Source: a virus. Taken from it: DNA of 50,066 nucleotides. Under the pieces are notes generated by a model. It made no database searches. It saw only the letters and a program-made list of their open reading frames with translations, and was not told the DNA's origin. A program made the position numbers and the translations under genes. Location of the stretch: positions 1 to 50,066 of IMG/VR virus record IMGVR_UViG_3300037419_000163; one strand, written 5' to 3'. Of this stretch, positions 7,643 through 15,402 are shown in pieces (within the stretch, counting starts at the first letter, position 1; each line of letters opens with the position of its first letter).

Positions 7643-7651
7643 TGCTATAAT
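7643..7651 (+). promoter_or_regulatory. Extended -10 promoter TGCTATAAT
   Basis: Exact TGnTATAAT. The expected TSS is near 7658. Confidence 0.5.
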
Positions 7652-7725
7652 GGTATTTGTTTAGTGGTAATGGTTTCCTTGGTTTCAGTCGCTACCTGGC
7701 AGCTCAGATTTTTGATGTTAGGGGG

Positions 7726-7754
7726 TTGACAAGGGTTTTAAACTCTGATTTAAT
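7726..7754 (+). promoter_or_regulatory. Sigma70-type promoter TTGACA-17 bp-TTTAAT
   Basis: Perfect -35, 17-bp spacer and a 4/6 match at -10. The expected TSS is near 7761. Confidence 0.5.
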
Positions 7755-8423
7755 GGCACCATGTTGTTTAGCACTTGGTTTCTGTCACACCGGCCTCACT
7801 TAGATGAGGACGTGCAAAAGGACGGTTTCTTAGTGGCTTGGGAAGAGTTCACGGCTCTCTAACTTAACGTGAAACCGCAAATGGATTTATTCCCGTCCTC
7901 ATGAGGAATATTCTAAGGATTAGCCTAGTAATTGTTTAAATGGATTAGGACTGCCACATCATTTACCCAATTACGATCTGATTAATCTTGAAGTTTGGAT
8001 ATTCAATACTGAATGATGAAACACTCATTCTTTATATTCGCGTAGGGTAATAAATCTTGAATGGGACGTGCGATTAATAATCGCTTAACAACTACCACAT
8101 ATTGCGGATGCTTACAGGGACATGGCAGGCACCATCTTAATTGTGTAAGCATACGATTGAAATCTTCTTAGCCTCCTAATGTTTGAATGGGAATGTATCC
8201 CGACTACGGAGATGGCAACTAAGAAGAGAATATAGTTTTAAAGGTATAACAAGGGATTAGTGCTAAAGACCGCACAGCATGGTTCAGGGTTAAGCGCAAG
8301 CGATAAGGGCAAACCGAATACGCCGCCTAATGTATAGGTAACACACAAGTTAGGTACTTGGGGCAAGAAACGAAATGCAAGAGTCGGTCAGCATTAACGA
8401 ATGTATAACCTGTAGGACAGAAT

Positions 8424-8456
8424 AAGCATTAAGGGCATTAGATGCTTAGTGCCCTT
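8424..8456 (+). terminator. Two interleaved hairpins, AAGCAT/ATGCTT (8424-8429/8442-8447) and AGGGCA/TGCCCT (8432-8437/8450-8455); weak terminator or translational control element
   Basis: Read directly. The downstream U-tract is poor (TATTGGTC). The element lies about 40 nt before the RBS of the first early gene. Confidence 0.35.
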
Positions 8457-8496
8457 ATTGGTCAATTCTGACCATAATCTAATGGAGATAATCACC

Positions 8497-9153
8497 ATGG
8501 CTACCAAATCAAAAGACAAAACGCAAGCGCAACAGGCAAAAACTTTTGAGGATAAGTCTGTTATTGAAGCTAAACCCGCGACAAGCGCCGCTATTGCTAA
8601 GGATACTAAGGCAATTGAGGCAGTCCAAAAAGTTGCCGTGGTCAAGGCAACTAACGATAAAGAGTTCCACGTACTCTGCCAACGTATTAAAGTTAGTGGT
8701 GATGTGCTTGCTACCACAATTCACAATGCTGGATTATATGCATTGCAGCAAGTGAATATTCACGGACAGACTCATCATGGTTTGATGCTTATTGAGGCAG
8801 TTGGCACTAAGCATGATAAGGTGCGTATTCTCAAGTGGCTAATGTTCTTTGGCAAGTTTGGGTACAAGAATAAACTCTTGATATACAAAAAGCGCAAAGA
8901 TATTGCGCCGGAAAATGTAGACAATTGGCTGAAACGTGCGGATGAAACCCCATACTGGGACTTAACCCCACAACCTGAAATGGAAGTAACCATTGATTAC
9001 TTATCAATGCTCAAGTCAATTGTCTCTCGTCATGAAGGCATTCCGAATCTTGAAGAGGCAGGGAAGAAAGTCACGGAAAAGAATGTTGGTGTATTGGCAG
9101 AGGTTTCCAAACTGCTAAAGAAATTTGGTGCGGAGGAACCAAAGACTGCTTAA
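8497..9153 (+). CDS. First early protein, function unknown
   Basis: GGAG at 8484-8487 lies 9 nt before the ATG at 8497 (MATKSKDK...). I prefer this to the listed 8449 start, which lies inside the hairpin element. Confidence 0.65.
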   Translation: MATKSKDKTQAQQAKTFEDKSVIEAKPATSAAIAKDTKAIEAVQKVAVVKATNDKEFHVLCQRIKVSGDVLATTIHNAGLYALQQVNIHGQTHHGLMLIEAVGTKHDKVRILKWLMFFGKFGYKNKLLIYKKRKDIAPENVDNWLKRADETPYWDLTPQPEMEVTIDYLSMLKSIVSRHEGIPNLEEAGKKVTEKNVGVLAEVSKLLKKFGAEEPKTA

Positions 9154-9164
9154 GTAATAAACTG

Positions 9165-9192
9165 AAAGGCATTAGCAATAATGCCTTTTGGC
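9165..9192 (+). terminator. Rho-independent terminator AAAGGCATT-agcaat-AATGCCTTT + TTGG
   Basis: 9-bp perfect stem just after the stop at 9153. Confidence 0.65.
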
Positions 9193-9216
9193 TTATTAAC
9201 TTGAAGGAGATACTAA

Positions 9217-9378
9217 ATGAAATACAAGGTTAAGTATAAAGGACATGTTGTTGCCGAATTCCTTTTTAGATTGGATGCAACAGTGTTTATAGAGAAGAAA
9301 AAGGAAACAACAATATTTCCTTTTCTCTATACACTACATGATGAGGATGATGTGGTAGTTAATCTCGATCTGGTTTAA
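9217..9378 (+). CDS. Small early protein (53 aa)
   Basis: Below the ORF-track cutoff. AAGGAGA lies 8 nt upstream of the ATG. Hand-translated as MKYKVKYKGHVVAEF... Confidence 0.5.
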   Translation: MKYKVKYKGHVVAEFLFRLDATVFIEKKKETTIFPFLYTLHDEDDVVVNLDLV

Positions 9379-9446
9379 ATGAGTCGGTCATTTTTTATTC
9401 ACGTTCACATAATTAAGGAGTAACTATCCAAAAGGCGAGGGCTCTA

Positions 9447-9608
9447 ATGAAAAAATATATTGTTGTTACATGGCAAATGGTTGGACATCTTTATGTCAAG
9501 AAATTTGATGAGTCTAAAGAATATGTTTTGTTTTTAGAACTAATCATTTCTCTAACAAAAGGAAATCATGCTTTTACTGTCTCTTATCTATTGGAAGAAT
9601 CTAAATGA
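9447..9608 (+). CDS. Small early protein (53 aa)
   Basis: Hand-translated as MKKYIVVTWQMVGH... Its stop overlaps the next ATG (ATGA) at 9605. Confidence 0.5.
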   Translation: MKKYIVVTWQMVGHLYVKKFDESKEYVLFLELIISLTKGNHAFTVSYLLEESK

Positions 9609-9826
9609 AAATGACATCTCCTATGACAAGGATTGCAAAAACAACTGTAAATAACTCTTTTATCAGTACAGTATATATTGGGTACTTAGACTTATTATTT
9701 GAAACAATGGTATTTGGTGGGAAACTGGATGGGGTAATGGATAGATGTGATACGCAGGAAGAGGCATTAAAAATGCATGAGAGAATGGTTGAAAGAGTAA
9801 AGAAATCTTACGAAAATAAAGCGTAA
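9605..9826 (+). CDS. Small early protein (73 aa)
   Basis: ATGA-coupled to the upstream ORF. Confidence 0.55.
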   Translation: MKMTSPMTRIAKTTVNNSFISTVYIGYLDLLFETMVFGGKLDGVMDRCDTQEEALKMHERMVERVKKSYENKA

Positions 9827-9905
9827 GATTAGAATTATCTGCAAAAATATTAGCAATAGTATTTTTGCGGGCTAATTTTGGCCGCACAATATAAAGGAAA
9901 ATATC

Positions 9906-10127
9906 ATGGCACAAAATGTCCTCGTTCAGCATCGTGTAAAGTTCAATGATAAAGGTGATGCTATTGGGCTGGAGTTCCACAAGGTCGGTCAGCGCGTTAT
10001 GCCAATCAGCCATTTCTTCAAACATAGAAGTGATAAGGGTAATCGAATGGTTCGTGTGCCTTCGGGTGATACGTGGGCGGTGAGGCCGGTGAACCATGAC
10101 CACTATCAATTCGTAACCACTCTTTAA
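9906..10127 (+). CDS. Small early protein (73 aa)
   Basis: AAGGAA RBS about 8 nt upstream. Confidence 0.55.
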   Translation: MAQNVLVQHRVKFNDKGDAIGLEFHKVGQRVMPISHFFKHRSDKGNRMVRVPSGDTWAVRPVNHDHYQFVTTL

Positions 10128-10247
10128 AATAGGAGACTAACGGCCAGGTTTTAATAATTGTGTGATGACAATAAACTTTGTACCCACATAACGGGAAAGG
10201 AGTTAATCATGTAAGATGTATTCCTAATTAAAGTTAGGAAACTGAAG

Positions 10248-10275
10248 GGAATTCCAAAAGAATTCCTTTTGGTTT
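10248..10275 (+). terminator. Rho-independent terminator GGAATTC-caaaa-GAATTCC + TTTTGGTTT
   Basis: Read directly. It is preceded by a second hairpin, TTCCTAA/TTAGGAA, at 10221-10240. Confidence 0.6.
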
Positions 10276-10316
10276 ATTAACTCGGTTTTTTAACCATGAA
10301 AAGAAGGAGGTATTAC

Positions 10317-10433
10317 GTGTCTGGTAAGTATGAAACACCATTATGGATTGCAACAATTGTCGCAACTGTAGTCGCAGGAGTTCCGATTGTTACGTTCATG
10401 TCTTTGTTCATAGTGCCATTATGGATAAATTAA
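10317..10433 (+). CDS. Small membrane protein (38 aa)
   Basis: GTG start 6 nt after AAGGAGG. It has a hydrophobic core (LWIATIVATVVAGVPIVTFMSLFIVPLW). Confidence 0.5.
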   Translation: MSGKYETPLWIATIVATVVAGVPIVTFMSLFIVPLWIN

Positions 10434-10579
10434 TCAAACGTATATGTCATGATGTAAAGACGATTGAAATAGTACTTCGATCTGAATTCATCAAAGACTC
10501 AAGAAAAATCAAAAGAATCAATGAGCTTGTAAAAGATTTGAAAAATAATTTGGAATTACTTACACAAGAGGAGAAGTAA
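10421..10579 (+). CDS. Small early protein (52 aa)
   Basis: Internal ATG (MDKLIKRICH...) of listed ORF 10343..10579. It overlaps the end of the preceding small gene. Confidence 0.45.
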   Translation: MDKLIKRICHDVKTIEIVLRSEFIKDSRKIKRINELVKDLKNNLELLTQEEK

Positions 10580-10583
10580 ATAA

Positions 10584-10772
10584 ATGTTTGTCGCCATGAT
10601 CTTTCATAAAGATTCGCACAATCCACACCTTTGCTCTGCAAGGGCAGCACGTGTAGCGCCGTTTAAATCGAAGGAAGTTGCAATAAGGGCGATTGAACGG
10701 ACTGGAAAGGAAGGGTATATCAAGCAACTTGGTATAGGCATTCCAGTCTGGCACAATGTAGGTACATTGTAA
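10584..10772 (+). CDS. Small early protein (62 aa)
   Basis: GAGGAGAAG RBS upstream. Confidence 0.55.
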   Translation: MFVAMIFHKDSHNPHLCSARAARVAPFKSKEVAIRAIERTGKEGYIKQLGIGIPVWHNVGTL

Positions 10773-10819
10773 TAACTTCTGTTATCTTCGATTAAATTCT
10801 ATTAAAAACGGACAAAAGA

Positions 10820-10990
10820 ATGAAAATATTAAGAGCAGCATTTGGTTTTGTGGATGTGTTTATCGGAGAAGGATGGTCTAATTGGACTAGAGTTCGCAAG
10901 ATAAAAACTAAGAATGGTTCTCGCGTGGTTTATATAAAGGGGAACAAATTGAATCACCATCAAATGAATACATTGGATAAAAAGATATGA
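10820..10990 (+). CDS. Small early protein (56 aa)
   Basis: Hand-translated as MKILRAAFGFVDVF... ATGA overlap with the next gene. Confidence 0.45.
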   Translation: MKILRAAFGFVDVFIGEGWSNWTRVRKIKTKNGSRVVYIKGNKLNHHQMNTLDKKI

Positions 10991-11199
10991 GAATACAATG
11001 TAAACCAGTAATAGAAGAGACTAACTCTGCTATTTGTATGGGTCATATTTATCAATCAAAAGCTACTAAAAACTTATTCATTGGAGTAGCTGGATCACGG
11101 TTAATTTATCTTGATAGTGGTCATGAAATTCCTATTGATGAGCCTAATAACTATATTGATGTAACTGATCGATTCTCTTTGCAGGAAATTAAGAAATGA
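10987..11199 (+). CDS. Hypothetical protein (70 aa), coupled to the amidotransferase gene
   Basis: ATGA overlaps at both ends. Confidence 0.55.
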   Translation: MRIQCKPVIEETNSAICMGHIYQSKATKNLFIGVAGSRLIYLDSGHEIPIDEPNNYIDVTDRFSLQEIKK

Positions 11200-11795
11200 A
11201 ACACAATCCAGGTATTTTTTATGATAGTAGTTGTCAAGATGTAGAGTTTGATGACTATTTGTTGTTAGGTGGTGGTACTGATATCAATCCAATCATGTAT
11301 GGGCAAAAGAGTTTCGGGTATTGTCAGTCTCCTGATAATAGAAGAGATGCTAGAAACCTTTCCGCTATCAAGAGATACACAATAGAAGGTAAACCTGTAA
11401 TTGGTATATGCCGTGGTCTACAGATTCTGGATGCTTACAATGGTGGAGAGTTAATCCAGCACTCGGTCGGTCATTCGTCGTTGGTTCCGGTATTCGTGCA
11501 AGAAGATGGAAGACTTCCAGATACACTTATTGATAACTGTCGCAGTTGTCATCACCAAGTTGTTGACCATACAAAGACAACAGGAAATATATTGGGGTAT
11601 TCCAATTATCAATACAGAGCGTTCTTTCCTGATACAACAAAGTGGCTTGGTATGCTCCCTCAGATAGTTTATTGGCCTGATCGTAAACATCTTGGGGTTC
11701 AGTTTCATCCTGAATGGCATGGTGAAAATCATTCCATGAATGTCTATCTTCGTTCCCTGATTAAAGAGTTCTTTGATCTGGAAAATGTACTGTAA
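11196..11795 (+). CDS. Class I glutamine amidotransferase-like / peptidase C26 (gamma-glutamyl hydrolase, PuuD-like)
   Basis: GKPVIGICRGLQIL (nucleophile Cys elbow), SCHHQVV, GVQFHPEW (His/Glu). Confidence 0.75.
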   Translation: MKHNPGIFYDSSCQDVEFDDYLLLGGGTDINPIMYGQKSFGYCQSPDNRRDARNLSAIKRYTIEGKPVIGICRGLQILDAYNGGELIQHSVGHSSLVPVFVQEDGRLPDTLIDNCRSCHHQVVDHTKTTGNILGYSNYQYRAFFPDTTKWLGMLPQIVYWPDRKHLGVQFHPEWHGENHSMNVYLRSLIKEFFDLENVL

Positions 11796-11832
11796 TTAAT
11801 CAATATTAAATTAAAAGGATTAGGATTTTAAC

Positions 11833-12621
11833 ATGGGTAATTTGTTTACAATTGGGACTGATACAGAGTTGTTTGCACACAACAAGAACAACGGACAAAT
11901 GATTTCTTTGTGTGGAAAAATCGGAGGTAGTAAGGACAAACCACTTCAAATAAAAGAACTTCCTCGTGGTTATTGTGTTCAAGAGGATAATGTTTCTTTG
12001 GAATTTAATATTCCTCCTGCCACATCGGAATTTGAATTTACCGAATCTATTGCTGCAATGATGATGAGGGTAGGGCTAATACTCAAAGAAATGGGTCTTT
12101 CAGTTTCAGCTATGGCTTCTGCTTCTTTTGCCAAATCTGAATTGACACACCCGAATGCACTTATCTTTGGATGTGAACCAGACTATAGTGCTTGGACTAT
12201 GAGCGAAAATCCAAAGCCTGCTTGTGATGATCCTACCTTTCGTACAGCAGGTGGACACGTCCATGTAGGAACTGATGCTAATATGATTCAAGCAGTTAAG
12301 TGGATGGACTTGTACCTTGGGGTTCCCTCTGTAATTATGGATAAATCCGAAGGAGCAGCAGAGCGTCGTCAACTTTATGGAAAGGCAGGGGCAATGCGTC
12401 CTAAGCCTTACGGATTTGAATATCGGGTTCTTAGTAACTTCTGGGTATTCAAACGTGAATTAACAAATTGGGTCTACAACAATACGCTCCATGCTGTTGC
12501 ACATTCAAAATCAGACATGCCCGAAGAACTTAATGATCGGATCGTCAATTGCATTAATAACTCCGATACTGTTGAAGCTCTTAAAATAGTTTCTAAATAT
12601 CGTATTCCTCATTTCGTATGA
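11833..12621 (+). CDS. Phage COOH-NH2 ligase (glutamine-synthetase-fold amidoligase), type-2-like
   Basis: IGTDTELF, SLEFNIPP, GGHVHVG and GFEYRVLSNFW follow the GS/GCS2-fold ligase motif order. Confidence 0.55.
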   Translation: MGNLFTIGTDTELFAHNKNNGQMISLCGKIGGSKDKPLQIKELPRGYCVQEDNVSLEFNIPPATSEFEFTESIAAMMMRVGLILKEMGLSVSAMASASFAKSELTHPNALIFGCEPDYSAWTMSENPKPACDDPTFRTAGGHVHVGTDANMIQAVKWMDLYLGVPSVIMDKSEGAAERRQLYGKAGAMRPKPYGFEYRVLSNFWVFKRELTNWVYNNTLHAVAHSKSDMPEELNDRIVNCINNSDTVEALKIVSKYRIPHFV

Positions 12622-13124
12622 AAGTAATCGAACATTTTAAAACATTATTACAAATCCCTGATGCATCTATAGCTCTTAATGAGGCACGAGCTAAACTCAG
12701 GGATACAATAATGCGTATAGATGGACACTTAATGAGTGTAGCAACTATGGATTTTGGTACACTCGTAGTTCATGACAAAGATGGTAATGGATATGATTTA
12801 AGTGGGGATGATATTAAGACCCTTGAATTTTTCCTACCAGAATCAGGGGTATATTTTATAAAGGACACACCTATAGCTCTTGTTAAAATTCCAAAGAGAC
12901 AATGGAAAAAGTCATTTAATTGGAGTTTCTACGAGGCTAGTAAAACTTTCAATATATGTGAGTTGGATGAGTCTAAGTGTCATGAAATCTATTTGCATAA
13001 GGGAACAGTGTATTATTTGACAACCCCTATTGGAAAGTATCAAGCTAGGACAGATAAGTTCATATGTCTTAACTCAGTTTTTGAAAATGAATTGAACACC
13101 TTTATTAAAAGATTAAAAAAATGA
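12618..13124 (+). CDS. Hypothetical protein inside the ligase cluster
   Basis: 168 aa with 4-nt overlaps on both sides. Confidence 0.6.
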   Translation: MKVIEHFKTLLQIPDASIALNEARAKLRDTIMRIDGHLMSVATMDFGTLVVHDKDGNGYDLSGDDIKTLEFFLPESGVYFIKDTPIALVKIPKRQWKKSFNWSFYEASKTFNICELDESKCHEIYLHKGTVYYLTTPIGKYQARTDKFICLNSVFENELNTFIKRLKK

Positions 13125-14233
13125 GTGAACCAAAGATAGGGGATATATATGTATATCCCAAACTCAAGGTATATGATGGACTTACGGGTAACTTTCCCAT
13201 TAGGAACCCTGATTTATATTTTGGGATTGAAGTTGAGGCTGAGATGGTCGGTCACATTTCATGCCATACCATACCTGGATCATGGAAGACAGTGGAAGAT
13301 GGCTCTCTCAAGATATCTGGTGCAGAGTATGTAACTGTTCCTATCAAGTTTAAGTTTCTAGAAGTAGAATTAAAAAGGCTTTTTGGAGCTATTAAAGAGG
13401 CCGAATTCTCTTGCCGCACATCCATTCATGTACATATGAATGCAAGAGATATGACTCCTGAAGAGATTGGAAGATTTCTTGTTATCTATATGATATTTGA
13501 GAAAAGCCTCTATCGATTTGCAGGATTTGATCGATGGAAAAATAACTTCTGTGTGCCAATTTACTGTTATGCTAATTATGCAGTAACTATGCTTAGTAGA
13601 CTTCTTAATGGTGGTGGACTATATGAGTCATGGACAAAGTACCATGGCTTAAACTTAGTACCTCTTTATGGTAAAGAAGATTCTTCGGCTAGAATTGGAA
13701 CAATTGAATTTCGTCAAATGAGAGGGAATAATGACGTTGAATTTATTCTCAATTGGTGTAATTTAATTTCCAGTATGAAGAATGCGGCAAAGACGATAGA
13801 GACTAAACAACTTATAGAGTACATTGAGTTTGGGGCGGTGAAGTCTCTAGCTTCAACAGTGTTTACTAAATGGCTCCATCTATTAGAAACAGATGAGTTT
13901 GAAGAAGACACATCTAGATGTCTTACTAAGACTAAATTTGTTCTAAATAAAGTTGGAACACTTAAGAATACTATCGACCAGCCTAAGCCCAGAGCCACAA
14001 AGGTAAAGATTCCTTCACCTTCATTACATACTACTATGAGTATTGATGATCTTATGGCAGATGTGCAAGTTGCATCTGTAAATGATCCTGTGCCAAATTC
14101 ACTTAATAATGCTGCTGCTTCATTTAATAATTGGTTTACTGCACATATACAAGCACAGCAGCAGCCGTCAACGGTATGGACAACAGTAACAGCTAACACT
14201 CAAAATAACAATAATACTACGGGAACTCTTTAA
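13121..14233 (+). CDS. Amidoligase (Amidoligase_2-like COOH-NH2 ligase)
   Basis: YFGIEVEAE, GSLKISGAEYVTVP, TSIHVHMN, GTIEFRQMRGN. Confidence 0.65.
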   Translation: MSEPKIGDIYVYPKLKVYDGLTGNFPIRNPDLYFGIEVEAEMVGHISCHTIPGSWKTVEDGSLKISGAEYVTVPIKFKFLEVELKRLFGAIKEAEFSCRTSIHVHMNARDMTPEEIGRFLVIYMIFEKSLYRFAGFDRWKNNFCVPIYCYANYAVTMLSRLLNGGGLYESWTKYHGLNLVPLYGKEDSSARIGTIEFRQMRGNNDVEFILNWCNLISSMKNAAKTIETKQLIEYIEFGAVKSLASTVFTKWLHLLETDEFEEDTSRCLTKTKFVLNKVGTLKNTIDQPKPRATKVKIPSPSLHTTMSIDDLMADVQVASVNDPVPNSLNNAAASFNNWFTAHIQAQQQPSTVWTTVTANTQNNNNTTGTL

Positions 14234-14235
14234 TT

Positions 14236-15402
14236 ATGTGTGGAATTGTAGGTGTAATGTCAAGATATGCAAATGGACTTTCATTGTCCCAAGTAGATAC
14301 ATTTCAAGAAATGTTATTCGTAGATCAACTACGAGGAAGACATGGAACGGGAATGTTTTGGGATACAAAGAAAAAGAAATCTAATATTATCAAAGGGCCA
14401 ATTCCCTCTCATGAATTTCTAGCCTGTGATAATGTACAAAAAGCCTTTAAGGAGATTTTCCAAGAAGCAAGTTTTATTGTTGGTCATAATCGTCATGCAA
14501 CTAGGGGTGCTCATACTTTTGAGAATACACATCCGTTCCGTGAGAATCACATTACATTGATTCATAATGGGACGTTGCATACTCATAAGCACATGAAAGA
14601 TGTTGAAGTGGATAGTCACGCTATCTGCCATTCTATGGGAGAGATAGGAGAGATACCTACTATTGAAAAGCTAGATGGGGCATTTGCATTAGTATGGTTT
14701 AATTCAAAAGATAAGACATTAAACTTCATTCGTAATTCGGAAAGGCCATTGCATCTTATTGAAACTTTAGGTGGGTGGTTCTTTTCGTCAGAGTTGGGAT
14801 TGGCCGAATGGATTCTTAAGCGGAATAAACTCTCAATTAGTAAATCGGAAATGATTGAGACAGGTTTGCTTTATACCTATTCCGTATATGACCATACGTT
14901 AACAACAGCACAGGTGAAGATTAAAGAACCTTATGATTATTACTTTAAGGGTAATAATAAATGGGAAGCAAAGAATCAGGATTACAGCAGGTCTACCATA
15001 GACTATACAGCACCATCTGCTGGCCCCTTGGTTGTAGCTCCTGAAATAAAGAAAGGAGAATCGAGTGTAGGAGTGGATTTTAAATTAGGACAGATGGTAA
15101 CATTTTCTCCTATACAAATACATGTATCGAATACCACTTATTATCTAGAAGGATTGTGTGATACTCCTCTGAATACCCCTGATATCTATGTTAAGGTGTT
15201 TAATGGTAATAAGACTTACTTAGAAGGATTGTTGGATCATCCTACTCTGAGGGGCGAGGTTACGCAGATATATAGTGATCCTAAGGATAAGAATATCAGT
15301 CTTCGTCTTAAGAATATTACTATGGCTTTATATCCAACTGAGGGAACTGATCTTCCTGATTCTGATCCCTATGTAACAAACATTATGCAGGGAGTTCATT
15401 AG
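14236..15402 (+). CDS. Class II (Ntn) glutamine amidotransferase domain protein with an unknown C-terminal domain
   Basis: N-terminal MCGIVGV (Cys2 nucleophile), GHNRHATRG, HPF, LIHNGTL, DSHAI. Confidence 0.75.
   Translation: MCGIVGVMSRYANGLSLSQVDTFQEMLFVDQLRGRHGTGMFWDTKKKKSNIIKGPIPSHEFLACDNVQKAFKEIFQEASFIVGHNRHATRGAHTFENTHPFRENHITLIHNGTLHTHKHMKDVEVDSHAICHSMGEIGEIPTIEKLDGAFALVWFNSKDKTLNFIRNSERPLHLIETLGGWFFSSELGLAEWILKRNKLSISKSEMIETGLLYTYSVYDHTLTTAQVKIKEPYDYYFKGNNKWEAKNQDYSRSTIDYTAPSAGPLVVAPEIKKGESSVGVDFKLGQMVTFSPIQIHVSNTTYYLEGLCDTPLNTPDIYVKVFNGNKTYLEGLLDHPTLRGEVTQIYSDPKDKNISLRLKNITMALYPTEGTDLPDSDPYVTNIMQGVH

Larger units (their letters stand above)
7658..8460 (+). ncRNA. Candidate large structured RNA or long structured leader (class unknown)
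   Basis: No ORF of 60 aa or more. The short ORFs present lack SD sites. Two promoters point into the region. Several perfect nested helices are present (7804-7812/7894-7902, 7823-7829/7871-7877, 8108-8116/8144-8152, 8163-8171/8219-8227 and others). Confidence 0.35.

Noticed and set aside
7650-7760. Possible tRNA (TAGTGGTAA D-loop-like and GGTTTCAG T-loop-like strings)
   Set aside because: I could not build an acceptor stem, D stem or T stem around them. No cloverleaf fits anywhere in 6976-8496.
7761-7862. 33-aa ORF (MLFSTWFLSHRPHLDEDVQKDGFLVAWEEFTAL) at the predicted TSS of the 7726-7754 promoter
   Set aside because: It has no SD and the sequence also forms the strongest nested helices. It is kept only as a leaderless possibility in the findings and is not called as a gene.
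8061-8171. 36-aa Cys/His-rich ORF (..YCGCLQGHGRHHLNC..) inside the ORF-free region
   Set aside because: It has no RBS and no coupling. Its Cys/His codons coincide with the arms of the 8108-8152 hairpin, so it is probably a translation artefact of structured sequence.
8394-8755. ORFs 8394..8717-, 8509..8724-, 8546..8755+ and 8775..8993- overlapping the first early gene
   Set aside because: They are antisense or out of frame relative to the RBS-supported 8497..9153 gene, with no RBS and low-complexity translations.
10197-10214. Start-stop mini-ORF (AAGGAG, 6 nt, ATG TAA) followed by two hairpins
   Set aside because: It is real in the sequence and could be regulatory, but a single SD-ATG-TAA in an AT-rich intergenic region is easily produced by chance. 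Nothing further supports it.
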